Shown piece by piece: positions 1 to 9,567 of a stretch of 64,000 nt of DNA (positions are counted from its first letter, which is position 1; each line of letters begins with the position of its first letter). The stretch is taken from the NCBI GenBank assembly GCA_027459625.1, contig DAIDHP010000002.1:209279-273278 (forward strand). Reading direction: 5' to 3'. The stretch is from Chthonomonadales bacterium. GTDB taxonomy: Bacteria > Armatimonadota > Chthonomonadetes > Chthonomonadales > CAJBBX01. The notes below the pieces were generated by a model, which was given only the letters and a program-made list of their open reading frames with translations, did no database searches and had not been told where the DNA came from. A program made the position numbers and the translations under genes.

Positions 1-2046
1 TTCGTTTTGAGTGAAATTGAGAAAATAACGCGCGATGTCCACCATGCAATCGTGCTCATCCAGAACCACCAATCCACCGCTACCCACAAAAGCGCCGACG
101 CTTTGCAACGCCTCGTAGTCTATGGGGATATCGGCTAAATCGGCGGGAATGCATCCTCCGGACGGTCCTCCTATTTGCACCGCTTTAAACTTGCCGTTCG
201 GGGTTCCTCCGCCGATAACCTCCACGATATGTCGCAAGCTCGTTCCCATTGGAACCTCTATCAATCCACCCCGTGCGATTTTTCCCGTCAGCGAGAAAAC
301 TTTGGTGCCATTGCTGGTTTCCGTACCAATCTCCGCGTATGCCTTGGCGCCATGGCGAATGATCCATGGAACCATCGCATAGGTCTCCACGTTATTGATG
401 AGTGTTGGCTTTCCCCACAATCCCGATTCGGCGGGGTAGGGAGGGCGGATTCGCGGTTCTCCCCGCTTGCCTTCGATACTTGAAAGCAATGCCGTCTCCT
501 CGCCACAAACGAACGCGCCCGCGCCCTCTATCACTTTAAGGCTTAGCGAGAAATCCGAATTCAGTATTTTCTCGCCGAGCAGGTTATTCTCCTCGCAAAT
601 TCTAATCGCTTCCCGCATTATTCGAGTTGCAAGTGGATATTCCGCGCGGATATAGAGGATTCCTTCGCGTGATCCGACGGCGTATGCTCCGATTATCATC
701 CCTTCCAAAATGCGAAAAGGATAGGACTCCAATAGCATGCGGTCCATGAATGCACTAGGATCGCCCTCGTCTCCGTTCATTACAACATATTTCTCGTCAC
801 CATGTGCGTCGTGCACTCGCCTCCACTTCAAGCCGGTTTTGAATCCTGCGCCACCTCGCCCGCGCAAACCGGATTCCGTAACGGTCTCTATTACCGATTC
901 GGGGTCGGATGATTTCAAAACCTCCTCCAACGCCTGAAAACCGTCCCGTATGCGATACTCTTTTAAATTCAACGGTTGAAGCGAGCCGCAACTCTCGGTG
1001 GCGATATGCACCTGCCCACCGAGAAAATCACAGATCGCCCCCTCGCGCACTTCCGAGGAATAGCGCGTGACAGGTCCTTCATCCTCTTCGAACTTGTCCA
1101 GCGCCTCTGCGTATATCTCCTTCATTCGAGGAAATATGCCTTGCGGTTTAAGATGGGTCCGGATGATTTTCTCCGCTTGCTCAGGAGTCACCTTTGTGAA
1201 GAGACTGGAATTTCCGCCTTCGTTTTCGCTTTCAGCAATGCTTTCCGGCATGGAGTTCGGGGAGTAATGCTGGATGATCTCCACGGTTGGAGCCAGATGG
1301 CAGGCGTCGATGCATCCGACGAGTTTGATAACAGCGGGAATGTTATAGTGACGGATGGTCTCCTCGATGGCGTTTTGCACCTTCTGGCTTCCTATGGCGA
1401 TGCAGCATGACCCCATGCCAACGCGAACCTCGGCCATGTCGAAATGATCCGGGAACCTCTTATCGGCAGCCTTGAAAACGCCTGATTCGGAATCGAGTTT
1501 CAGGAAATCCTTCAAGGCGCGGTCCGCATTGTCCGTGGAGAGATGACCATAAGTGACGCCCTCTATTTGCATCACTGGAGCTAACGTGCAACATCCCAGG
1601 CAAAACACACGCTGTAATGTGAAAAGACCCTCTTTATCGGTATCCTCGCCCGGGCTTAACTCCAAGTAGCGCGTAAGAGCCTCATGCACCAAACCGGATC
1701 CCTTTACATGACAAGCCGTTCCGTGGCAAACGTTGATCGTGAATCTGCCGATAGGCTTCCTGCGGAACTGTGAGTAAAAACTAGCAACCCCTTCAATATC
1801 CGCCGGTCTGATTTGCGTGATACGACATACGTGATGTAATGCCTCTTCGGGCAGATATCGGAATTTGGTCTGTATTGCCTGAAGAATGGGCAGCAGCGCA
1901 TCCGTTCCGCGACCCGTGGTCCCAACCAACTCTTCCACGTAGGCGATGGGATTTACCTTATCCGCTTCGCCGGCGCTACGTATGCTGTTTTTTCTCCGAC
2001 CGTTCTTATTCAGAATCGGCAGGGAGACACCGATGCGGTTTCTCAT
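1..2046 (-). CDS. NuoE/NuoF-like diaphorase fusion (NADH dehydrogenase/hydrogenase/formate dehydrogenase flavoprotein-type subunit); 3' end lies beyond the left window edge
   Basis: My own translation of the minus strand is open from the window edge to the ATG at 2046. The ORF is absent from the track because it runs off the edge. Starts MRNRIGVS. NuoE-type thioredoxin-like 2Fe-2S motifs CHGTACHVKG and CLGCCTLAPV. A second thioredoxin-like Cys segment GMGSCCIAIG...CIDACHLAP. NuoF motifs GLRGRGGAGFKTGLKW, NGDEGDPSAFMDR and GAGAFVCGEETALL. Confidence 0.8.
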   Translation of the reverse strand, partial: MRNRIGVSLPILNKNGRRKNSIRSAGEADKVNPIAYVEELVGTTGRGTDALLPILQAIQTKFRYLPEEALHHVCRITQIRPADIEGVASFYSQFRRKPIGRFTINVCHGTACHVKGSGLVHEALTRYLELSPGEDTDKEGLFTLQRVFCLGCCTLAPVMQIEGVTYGHLSTDNADRALKDFLKLDSESGVFKAADKRFPDHFDMAEVRVGMGSCCIAIGSQKVQNAIEETIRHYNIPAVIKLVGCIDACHLAPTVEIIQHYSPNSMPESIAESENEGGNSSLFTKVTPEQAEKIIRTHLKPQGIFPRMKEIYAEALDKFEEDEGPVTRYSSEVREGAICDFLGGQVHIATESCGSLQPLNLKEYRIRDGFQALEEVLKSSDPESVIETVTESGLRGRGGAGFKTGLKWRRVHDAHGDEKYVVMNGDEGDPSAFMDRMLLESYPFRILEGMIIGAYAVGSREGILYIRAEYPLATRIMREAIRICEENNLLGEKILNSDFSLSLKVIEGAGAFVCGEETALLSSIEGKRGEPRIRPPYPAESGLWGKPTLINNVETYAMVPWIIRHGAKAYAEIGTETSNGTKVFSLTGKIARGGLIEVPMGTSLRHIVEVIGGGTPNGKFKAVQIGGPSGGCIPADLADIPIDYEALQSVGAFVGSGGLVVLDEHDCMVDIARYFLNFTQNE

Positions 2047-2098
2047 CTCTATGATTTCCCGTGGATAGATGATCCCATTTGGCAGTTATGAAACATCA

Positions 2099-4123
2099 TT
2101 ATTTGCCTATGCAAAAAAGATCCTTTTCTCCTCGGATAATGATCTTATTATCCACATATGCGGGTGAAGAGTATGTCCGTTCACCAACGGGGTTCTTTCC
2201 CGTCTCATTAAATTGATCGCCTGCGGCAAGTATATGCATGACGCCTTTCGTATCCAACAGATAAATGCTGTTCCCGACTAGCGTGGGGGACGCTTTTATA
2301 TTATCTGCCATCTGATGGGTCCACAACTCCTTGCCTGTCATTGTGTCGTAACAGGTTATTTGTCCTTGGGTTGTAAAAAGATAAACGCGTTTTCCGTCAC
2401 TGAGAGGGCTTACGATATCCGGCAAACCATCCATTCCCATCCATGCGATACCGGTTTTGGTGATGTCGCCCTTTCCTGTTGGTCGAATCGCAACGATATT
2501 CGCACCCTGGTTGCTAACCACAACGAAGGGACCAGAGAAGATAGGCGACGGAGCCACTTCTCCGCCGAGACATTCGCAACGCCAAATCTCCTTCCCGGTG
2601 GCGGGATCGTATGAGATAACCCACGGGTTTCCTGCGGTGATGATTTCGGTTTTGCCATTAACCTTGATGGCTATAGGCGTCGCCCAGGAACTTCCGACCG
2701 GTCGCGGGGTTCGCCATAACTGTTTGCCCGTTTTGCCATCAAATGCCATGATCGAGGATTTCTTGTCGGTGGAATCGCTCCCTTGATCGGATTGCACAAT
2801 CAGTTTTCCCTCGCATAGCAGAAGAGACGCAGCCATGCCGTATTCGTTATCCGGTGTGCCGAGGAATTTTAGCCATAGCGGCTTACCTGTGAAGTCAAGA
2901 CAGACCAATTCTCCTGTTGGGAAAATGGCATACACTCGTTTACCGTCGGTCGCCATAGTTTGCGCCGCAAAACCGGTGTCATCCCCCACTTGAGGAACCG
3001 TGTTGCATCCCTTCACATGCACCTTGTATTGCCAGTTAATCGAACCGTAGCTAAGGGAATAGCAATAAACCAACCTCTGGGTTTTGTCTCCGCCCGTGAA
3101 AAAGATGTTATCTTTCCAGACGATCGGCGAACTCCAACCCGGCAGGGGAATGGGAGCTTTCCAGAGGATGTTTTGGTTCTGTGTGCCATCCCATTGCAGG
3201 GGGATGTCGCTTAGTGTGCATATTCCCGTTCCGCTCGGGCCCCGAAACATATTCCATTGGTTACTCCAACTCGAAGGGTATGCAGTGGCGATGGACGCGG
3301 CGGAGTCATTCGATGCGGCGGCGGATGGCGTTGGAACGCCGGTTTGCACATTGGGAGAGATCGGTGTGATCGCAGTGGGTGTGACGGGGCGTAACGCCGG
3401 CGTGGAACTTGCCGTGTTGGCTGCAGTGCCAAGCAATGGCGTGCCTGCGGCTGTGTTGGCGTTAGCGAGCGCATTCGATGGGGTTGGCGCGGTTGCTGCG
3501 GTAGGCGCCGTGGGAACCGTTGCCGGTGCTGAAGCTAATTGTTGAACCATTGGGGGTGGAGGTGATGCAGGCGCGGACGCCGTGTTGGAGACCGTAAAAA
3601 GATCGTTGTGAATGTAGGCGTAGGTTACATCATGTCTGGATAGAACGATCAATGATAGAAGAACGCCTCCCATAATTCCGCCCAAGACGTAAATGGATCT
3701 CCGACTTAAGGCGGGGTTCAACCATGGCTCCTTGGCAATATTCACATTGGGCAACGGCGTTGTTTTGTTACCTGATCGGAGATATTCCAAGCAAAGGAGG
3801 TAAACCACCAACGCTCCGATCAGAAGACACAACCCGTATTTCGCGATGAACTGGCTGCGAAAATAGTTTTTCCGGATGGTCACATCCAGATTGCGTATCT
3901 CCTTTTTAAGATTTTCATCCTTCGGGTTTTGTGAAAGTTGAACAAGGAGATTCTCCAGCTTGACCGGGTTATTGGGATCGTTAATTCGAGCGCGAATTGA
4001 GTTAGCCAAAAGGATGGCCAGCATGATAACGCAAAAAATCTCCATCGCTCTGGCGGTGCGATAGGCTGCGATCATCCATGGGTTATTTTGCGGGGAGTTA
4101 CTGTGGATAGGATCCGAAATCAT
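2099..4123 (-). CDS. membrane-anchored PQQ-like (BamB-like) beta-propeller repeat protein
   Basis: 674-aa ORF with three N-terminal hydrophobic helices and a long Ala/Pro/Thr/Ser low-complexity linker. Repeated W/G-rich propeller blades follow (FRGPSGTG..., ILWKAPIPLPGWSSPIVW, LWRTP, IWRCE, LWTHQ). Paralogous to 10670-12118. Confidence 0.7.
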   Translation of the reverse strand: MISDPIHSNSPQNNPWMIAAYRTARAMEIFCVIMLAILLANSIRARINDPNNPVKLENLLVQLSQNPKDENLKKEIRNLDVTIRKNYFRSQFIAKYGLCLLIGALVVYLLCLEYLRSGNKTTPLPNVNIAKEPWLNPALSRRSIYVLGGIMGGVLLSLIVLSRHDVTYAYIHNDLFTVSNTASAPASPPPPMVQQLASAPATVPTAPTAATAPTPSNALANANTAAGTPLLGTAANTASSTPALRPVTPTAITPISPNVQTGVPTPSAAASNDSAASIATAYPSSWSNQWNMFRGPSGTGICTLSDIPLQWDGTQNQNILWKAPIPLPGWSSPIVWKDNIFFTGGDKTQRLVYCYSLSYGSINWQYKVHVKGCNTVPQVGDDTGFAAQTMATDGKRVYAIFPTGELVCLDFTGKPLWLKFLGTPDNEYGMAASLLLCEGKLIVQSDQGSDSTDKKSSIMAFDGKTGKQLWRTPRPVGSSWATPIAIKVNGKTEIITAGNPWVISYDPATGKEIWRCECLGGEVAPSPIFSGPFVVVSNQGANIVAIRPTGKGDITKTGIAWMGMDGLPDIVSPLSDGKRVYLFTTQGQITCYDTMTGKELWTHQMADNIKASPTLVGNSIYLLDTKGVMHILAAGDQFNETGKNPVGERTYSSPAYVDNKIIIRGEKDLFCIGK

Positions 4124-4287
4124 ATGTCGCTGATAATCATTCCGTAATTGGGAATTAAACCGATCAAAAATATCCTTCCATAAGATGGATGAATCGATAT
4201 GAAAGCATACCGATTCATCGACATTGATAGTATATCACGCTTTGGTTTGCGGAGCCATAGGAATGCTTGGCTTTTCTCATGCGGCAA

Positions 4288-7200
4288 TTAATTCTTTAAC
4301 TCAAGCAATACTGGCTCCATCGTGTTCAGATGGATTGTTTTCACATATCCGGTAGGTGTGGTTGGTAGTATATTTCGACAGAAGACACTCTTTTTGCGCG
4401 ACCAGACCCTTATGGTCACCGGATTTTGAAGGTAATTGACTGCGTTTACCAATATCGACCCATGGTATTTTACCGTGAGCCATTCCACGCCCCACTGGTT
4501 CTTGCCGTTCATATCCGTGATTTTTACAGTTGGGTTGAGTTTTTCGGATGTCAGATAGGGGATGAGCCTTTTCCAGATATTGATATCCGTGGTCTGTTCT
4601 CTCGTGAATGCTATCGTATGGTATGCAAGGGCTTCACGGGGATGGTTGTAGTCATCGTATCCGAATATATCCTTACCGCCGAAAGCGAGGATATGACCTT
4701 TGTATTTATCAAGAGTTTGCAATGCGGCGTCCGAGATATACCGAATATCCGGAACGATCAGAAGCGGTGCGATTGGCATTTTCCCGTCCGCAAGGTCTCT
4801 TTCCGTGACGTAGCCTATTTTCATGCCTGTGAAATCAAGTGCAGTGTAAACCTTATTAAGGCAGTCGCTGAAGTCGTTTCCGTCCCACACTCTCGCCGCA
4901 GTGGTGAATAGAATTTGCACCTGCGGCTTCATATTCTGGAATTTGGCAACCTGCGGGGCTAGGCGCATTAAATCCAAACCGGTATCGCCTATCGCCTGGA
5001 CGCACGCCGGACGCTCCATTTCAAGCCCCCAGAAATCCGCTTTCGGATCGAACGTCTCCTCCCAGCACCACAACGTTGTCGCCCCCTCGCCATGAATTGC
5101 GCTCTGCCATAAGTCCGTGATAAGATGCTGAGGCGGCACTGGGTACTCGCCTCTATCCGGCATCACATGGTTCTCGCTGTTGAAGATGGGAGCGTCCAAG
5201 ACGGAATGCTGAAGATCGTAAGCCATGTTGTTCAACGTCCAACCGTCCGCCCATTCGCCGACTCCATTATTGTAGAAATCAGCGGAATCGTTGCCGTTGA
5301 TCTGGCTGAAATCGCCGAATAACTGCGCGTTCACGCCGTAACGCACCTCTGGCGCGCCAAGCATGGTCCATGTCATCGCTTTCGCATGAACGGGAATATT
5401 GGGCGCGATGGCATGGATCGTATCCGCCAGGAAGCGATGCCATCCGGCGAAAAACTCCTGATTGAAACGGACGAAATCATACCAGATAGGCGATGGAGGA
5501 GGTGGGTTGAGCGTGTTTTGAACCGGTATGGTGTCGAAATCCGCATAATTCGTTCCCCATAATTGGTTCAGTTCCCCAATACTTGCATAGTGTTTTTGCA
5601 GCCACACATGCCAATATAGCCGCTCATTTGGATCATTCGGGCTTTGGGCGTTTGTTGGCTCGTTGCTTAAGCAGAAACTATGCAGCGCAGGATAACCCTT
5701 TAGTTGAGGGATTACATACTGCAGGAATTTGCGCAGGATTTCCCTTCCCTCCGGAGCAAAAAGGGAATATTGCAGGAATCCCTCTTTTTGCACATTCATA
5801 TCCGGATATTTCTTCATCACCCATTCGGGCATGTAATGCGGACTGATCAGTATATTTACCGCCACATTCGCTTTCGCTGCCTGTTTTAATAACTGTATCA
5901 TATCCCTGACTGCGACATCGGACACAACTCCTTCCGACGGGAAAACTGCACTGGGACCAATCTCCACCTGAATAATATTCGCTCCGTAATCCGGCAGGAT
6001 ATTGAGATCCTTACGCACCTGGTCGAACGCCCCCCAGCCTGTGAAGTTGACCGGACGTACGGACGATTTTCTTTCTTCCGGCGCCTTTGTGCTTGCGTAG
6101 AACGTGGCTTTTTTGATGGATATCTTGCTTGTCACATAATACGGAGTGGGCGGATATCGCAATTTTCGAGCGAGCATTAATTGGAAAGTTCGCTTGGTTT
6201 TACGTTCCATCGGTGTCAACTGATCCAGCATCGATGTGGCGCGCTTAATCTGATTATGATCGAGCATCGCCAACGCGTATCCCGTAAGGTGTTGGAGAAT
6301 GGTGACCGCCACGCGGGGGTAGCTTACATCCAGCTTCATGCCTTCCGCCTTATGCATCATTTTCGAAAGGGAGGGAACGACGTTTTGTATGGATAAGAGC
6401 GCTTGTCTGGTTGCGTTGGCTGAGAACAACTCAATAACCGTATTGGAAGTGGCGCGATCGGCGCCTTCTCCATTGTTAATGCTGATTTGCATGTTCGCCC
6501 ATGCATGCGGAACGTGGACGGAATCTCCCTTAATGGAAACAAGGGATAAACCGGATGGCGCATCAATTCGCGATTTTTGTTTCACAACCTTGCCATCGTA
6601 CTTTAACATCGCTGTTAAAATGGCATATTTCATGGGTTTGGAAGTATAGAGATAGGACTGGAAAGTCCACGGCTGATCCGTGTTTATTGCGGGGATAGGG
6701 GTTGGGAGGAACAATGGATGATCAATTTGTACTGTGGGAGGATCGGGTGTAACGACATTTCCCTCCTCGATTTTAGGGTCGCGCAAAAGAAAACCGTTCG
6801 TCTGTCCGTCGGTGTTTATTCGAAAAGTGAATTCCGCCTCCGAAGGGCTCGGAGTGAATGTAAGGATGAACTGTTTCCATTTTCCGTCGGTGTTCGGAAA
6901 ATAGAGCCTGACCCTCCAATCATCCCCGCCGCCAATCCACGCTACGGTTGACTGAGAGATTTTCACCCAGCAACTCATTGTGTAAGGTGTGCCAGGGGTT
7001 AGATGGATGGGGTTTGTGGTCCACATGGTTCCGTATACGTTCGCTCCAAACGGTGTCGCGTTTTTGATTCGGAGCGATCTCATCCCGAACTCCGAGCGCG
7101 TATCCACCGGGGTGATACTGGATACGGTGTTGCGCGATTGCCATGTCCACCCATTCGGAACGCCATTCTCATCCAAATCCATGAATCCGTAATTGGGGAG

Positions 7201-7335
7201 CAGATTTGGATGAGTGTCGGCGTTTGCGATTGTTATCGGGTTGGGATTACCTTGATTTGACACCGCCGCAGCAGCGGAATGGACGAATAACGCGCTGAAT
7301 AGCAAAAGACCCAAGAATAATGAAATGGAGCGCAT
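4288..7335 (-). CDS. secreted GH42-like glycoside hydrolase (beta-galactosidase family fold) with N-terminal CBM4_9-like module
   Basis: Signal peptide MRSISLFLGLLLFSALFVHSAAA. N-terminal NLLPNYGFMD...NGWTW jelly-roll-like module. GH42-like catalytic region ...FCLSNEPTNAQ... followed by WLQKHYASIGELNQLWGTNYADFDTI. C-terminal trimerisation-like segment LLIVPDIRYISDAAL. Confidence 0.65.
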   Translation of the reverse strand: MRSISLFLGLLLFSALFVHSAAAAVSNQGNPNPITIANADTHPNLLPNYGFMDLDENGVPNGWTWQSRNTVSSITPVDTRSEFGMRSLRIKNATPFGANVYGTMWTTNPIHLTPGTPYTMSCWVKISQSTVAWIGGGDDWRVRLYFPNTDGKWKQFILTFTPSPSEAEFTFRINTDGQTNGFLLRDPKIEEGNVVTPDPPTVQIDHPLFLPTPIPAINTDQPWTFQSYLYTSKPMKYAILTAMLKYDGKVVKQKSRIDAPSGLSLVSIKGDSVHVPHAWANMQISINNGEGADRATSNTVIELFSANATRQALLSIQNVVPSLSKMMHKAEGMKLDVSYPRVAVTILQHLTGYALAMLDHNQIKRATSMLDQLTPMERKTKRTFQLMLARKLRYPPTPYYVTSKISIKKATFYASTKAPEERKSSVRPVNFTGWGAFDQVRKDLNILPDYGANIIQVEIGPSAVFPSEGVVSDVAVRDMIQLLKQAAKANVAVNILISPHYMPEWVMKKYPDMNVQKEGFLQYSLFAPEGREILRKFLQYVIPQLKGYPALHSFCLSNEPTNAQSPNDPNERLYWHVWLQKHYASIGELNQLWGTNYADFDTIPVQNTLNPPPPSPIWYDFVRFNQEFFAGWHRFLADTIHAIAPNIPVHAKAMTWTMLGAPEVRYGVNAQLFGDFSQINGNDSADFYNNGVGEWADGWTLNNMAYDLQHSVLDAPIFNSENHVMPDRGEYPVPPQHLITDLWQSAIHGEGATTLWCWEETFDPKADFWGLEMERPACVQAIGDTGLDLMRLAPQVAKFQNMKPQVQILFTTAARVWDGNDFSDCLNKVYTALDFTGMKIGYVTERDLADGKMPIAPLLIVPDIRYISDAALQTLDKYKGHILAFGGKDIFGYDDYNHPREALAYHTIAFTREQTTDINIWKRLIPYLTSEKLNPTVKITDMNGKNQWGVEWLTVKYHGSILVNAVNYLQNPVTIRVWSRKKSVFCRNILPTTPTGYVKTIHLNTMEPVLLELKN

Positions 7336-7432
7336 TTATTTCTCCTTAGGTAATTGCAAGATTCGCTCGGGAGGGCGAAAAGCGAACGCGCATGGTGAAT
7401 CGATTTCCGCCTTATTCTGCAATTGCCCGCGT

Positions 7433-8725
7433 TTATTTGAGATTCCCTTTTATGTATACTCCCCCCTCCGCATATTTTTCATTTGCTTCCGAGGGGCAAT
7501 ACCCAAAACATCTGCCGCAAGCCAAGCAGGCGGCGGGATCGGCGTCATAATCATCCCATCTGTGTCGGGTGGTTATAAAAAACAGTTTCAATCCAAATAC
7601 TAACCCAAGCCATACTCCGAAGATGGTCGTATATAAGGTGTACGTTCGGCGTATCTTAGCCGCCTTGGCATATAGAAGATCATCGGGGATTTGGTTTGCA
7701 CGATGAGCCTGGCTCTCCAATGTCTCTCCATGCACCAAACCATGCCTCTCCTTCCAAACACGATCCGCAGTTTGCACCGTTATATCCACATGCGAAAGGA
7801 GAGGGCTAGCCAATCGCCCTGTTACGCCACCAAGGATCGCCAAAAACGGGATAAGCCAGAGCACTCTTGACAACACCGCTCGTGTGGATTTTCTGGACGG
7901 TCGAACCTCATCGGGAACCGGCATTCGCATGGCGTTGAATGGACAGGATTCCGCGCAAAGATGACATTGGATGCATTTTTCCGGAGCCACATGCACCTTC
8001 CATTTCGACCATGCCGCCGCCCACCGCAAGAGGACTCCGTAGGGACATAGATAACGGCAATAGGGCCTTCCGATGAATGTGGACAGGAAAAGGATTAATA
8101 TCCCGAAGGTTACCATCATCGCCCCGCCGCTCAGGCGGAAAAACGCCACGAAAGGGTCGTATTCGCAGATGATAAATACGGTTCCAGTCGCAGCGAATAG
8201 GGTTCCCAGACCTAGATAGATGTAGGGAATAACGCTAAGCGTCTCATCCATCCAAACAGGAACTCGTCTTGCTTTTTGCAAAATTAAATCCTGAGCAGCG
8301 CCAAGGGGGCATACCGCTGCGCAAAAAACCCTGCCGAAGAAAAGCGCGAAGAGGAGTGGCAAAATGAAGAAAACCCCGACGGACAGAGGAAGCGCGTAGC
8401 CGTTATGAAAAATCGCCATCGCTACGTTCTGAAGGCTTCCCACGCTGCAAACGCATCCGTGTCGATAAAATCCGAAATACAAGAGAGAGAACAGGGAGAT
8501 CAGTCTCACCTCTCTTCGGCTACGCTTGTAAAGAATGAAGTAGGCGGTCATTAGCATGAGGACCGCCAACATCACCATGTCAATGCGTGTAAACAACTCC
8601 GCCCGAGGAGGGGGATTTATCGTGACGGGATATTGGTAGCCGGTGGTGAAATCCGGCGGAGGGTTCTTTTGGGGAGGCGTTGTTATCTGAAGCAAAAAAA
8701 ACGGAGGGGTGAATTTTTGAAACAT
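7433..8725 (-). CDS. integral-membrane polyferredoxin, NapH/MauN-like 4Fe-4S binding protein
   Basis: Multiple TM helices. Two CxxxCP motifs typical of NapH-type proteins (CAAVCPLGAAQD, CRYLCPYGVL). Ferredoxin motifs CIQCHLCAESCP and CLACGRCFGYCP. Starts 7 nt downstream of the preceding ferredoxin gene. Confidence 0.7.
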   Translation of the reverse strand: MFQKFTPPFFLLQITTPPQKNPPPDFTTGYQYPVTINPPPRAELFTRIDMVMLAVLMLMTAYFILYKRSRREVRLISLFSLLYFGFYRHGCVCSVGSLQNVAMAIFHNGYALPLSVGVFFILPLLFALFFGRVFCAAVCPLGAAQDLILQKARRVPVWMDETLSVIPYIYLGLGTLFAATGTVFIICEYDPFVAFFRLSGGAMMVTFGILILFLSTFIGRPYCRYLCPYGVLLRWAAAWSKWKVHVAPEKCIQCHLCAESCPFNAMRMPVPDEVRPSRKSTRAVLSRVLWLIPFLAILGGVTGRLASPLLSHVDITVQTADRVWKERHGLVHGETLESQAHRANQIPDDLLYAKAAKIRRTYTLYTTIFGVWLGLVFGLKLFFITTRHRWDDYDADPAACLACGRCFGYCPSEANEKYAEGGVYIKGNLK

Positions 8726-8732
8726 GAAATGA

Positions 8733-9305
8733 TTAACCGTCCTGTTTTATCTTGGATTTAAGCAGATACGGTTTGCCGGCGGGAACTCGCACGATCGCCT
8801 GCGCCGGACAGACTTCCGCTATGGAGCACTGGTTGCAGTTCAGGCATCGATCATGACGAATCTGCATGAACAGGGAACCGTTTCCAAACGCATCGCATCC
8901 CTTGGAGCATTTCGCGCATCCAATACAGAGGTTTTCATCGATGACATACTGGAAATATGGGTTCTCGACATACGAACGTTGGATCGCGAATGTCGGGCAT
9001 TGCACATTTTCCGCTTCAATGGTATTGCCCACTCTTTCGGGACGCAACATTCCGGAGCACAAATTGCAATACCCGCACATAGCGAAAGCGTGCATGCACT
9101 TGACAGTCGATTGATCCAGAACGCAGGATGTGGCGCACAGTCCGCAATTCGTGCATTTGTAGGGATCGATCTGCCAGACCGTGTCTTCGGCATGGGAACT
9201 GGCGGCAAGGGCGCCGATGGCACCGCTGGCGATAATCAAACCCCCTGTGCGGATCCCGTCCGCGATAAACTCTCGCCTGGTTTTTTTATTTTCGGCGGCT
9301 GCCAT
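8733..9305 (-). CDS. Tat-exported poly-[4Fe-4S] ferredoxin, NapG-like
   Basis: I place the start at the internal ATG at 9305 (MAAAENKKTRREFIADGIRTGGLIIASGAIGALAASSHA), which gives a twin-arginine signal. The longer track ORF (to 9467) would overlap the upstream small ORF by 182 nt. Cys motifs: CTNCGLCATSC, CGYCNLCSG, CIGCAKCSKGC, CLNCNQCSIAEVCP. Confidence 0.7.
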   Translation of the reverse strand: MAAAENKKTRREFIADGIRTGGLIIASGAIGALAASSHAEDTVWQIDPYKCTNCGLCATSCVLDQSTVKCMHAFAMCGYCNLCSGMLRPERVGNTIEAENVQCPTFAIQRSYVENPYFQYVIDENLCIGCAKCSKGCDAFGNGSLFMQIRHDRCLNCNQCSIAEVCPAQAIVRVPAGKPYLLKSKIKQDG

Positions 9306-9516
9306 CTCTTTTGATCCTTTCCGCTTGACGTGTCTCCAAAGCTCGTGGAAGGTCGCAATCGCCGTAATAACCGCACTGCGTGCAGATAGGAAGTTCGGGG
9401 CATCCGCGTGATTTCCGAAGAACCATCGCTCCGATTCCTCCAACCATGGCGGCTGCCATCGTTCCACGTATAATACCCATAAGGAATTCCCGTCTGTTTT
9501 TTACGTTATTTTTCAT
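9286..9516 (-). CDS. small Tat-signal Cys-rich protein (76 aa), function unknown
   Basis: MKNNVKNRREFLMGIIRGTMAAAMVGG is a twin-arginine motif plus hydrophobic region. The mature part carries CPELPICTQCGYYGDC (4 Cys). It overlaps the ferredoxin start by 20 nt, consistent with translational coupling. Confidence 0.45.
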   Translation of the reverse strand: MKNNVKNRREFLMGIIRGTMAAAMVGGIGAMVLRKSRGCPELPICTQCGYYGDCDLPRALETRQAERIKRDGSRRK

Positions 9517-9567
9517 ACCACGCCTAAGTCTTTCAAATTTAGTCCTGCCAGGAAAGTTGTATCTATG

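Noticed and set aside
8733-9467. The long version of the ferredoxin ORF (244 aa, start 9467)
   Set aside because: Its first 54 residues have no signal or ferredoxin features and overlap the separate Tat-signal small ORF in another frame. The internal Met at 9305 is immediately followed by a twin-arginine motif, so the short form is preferred.
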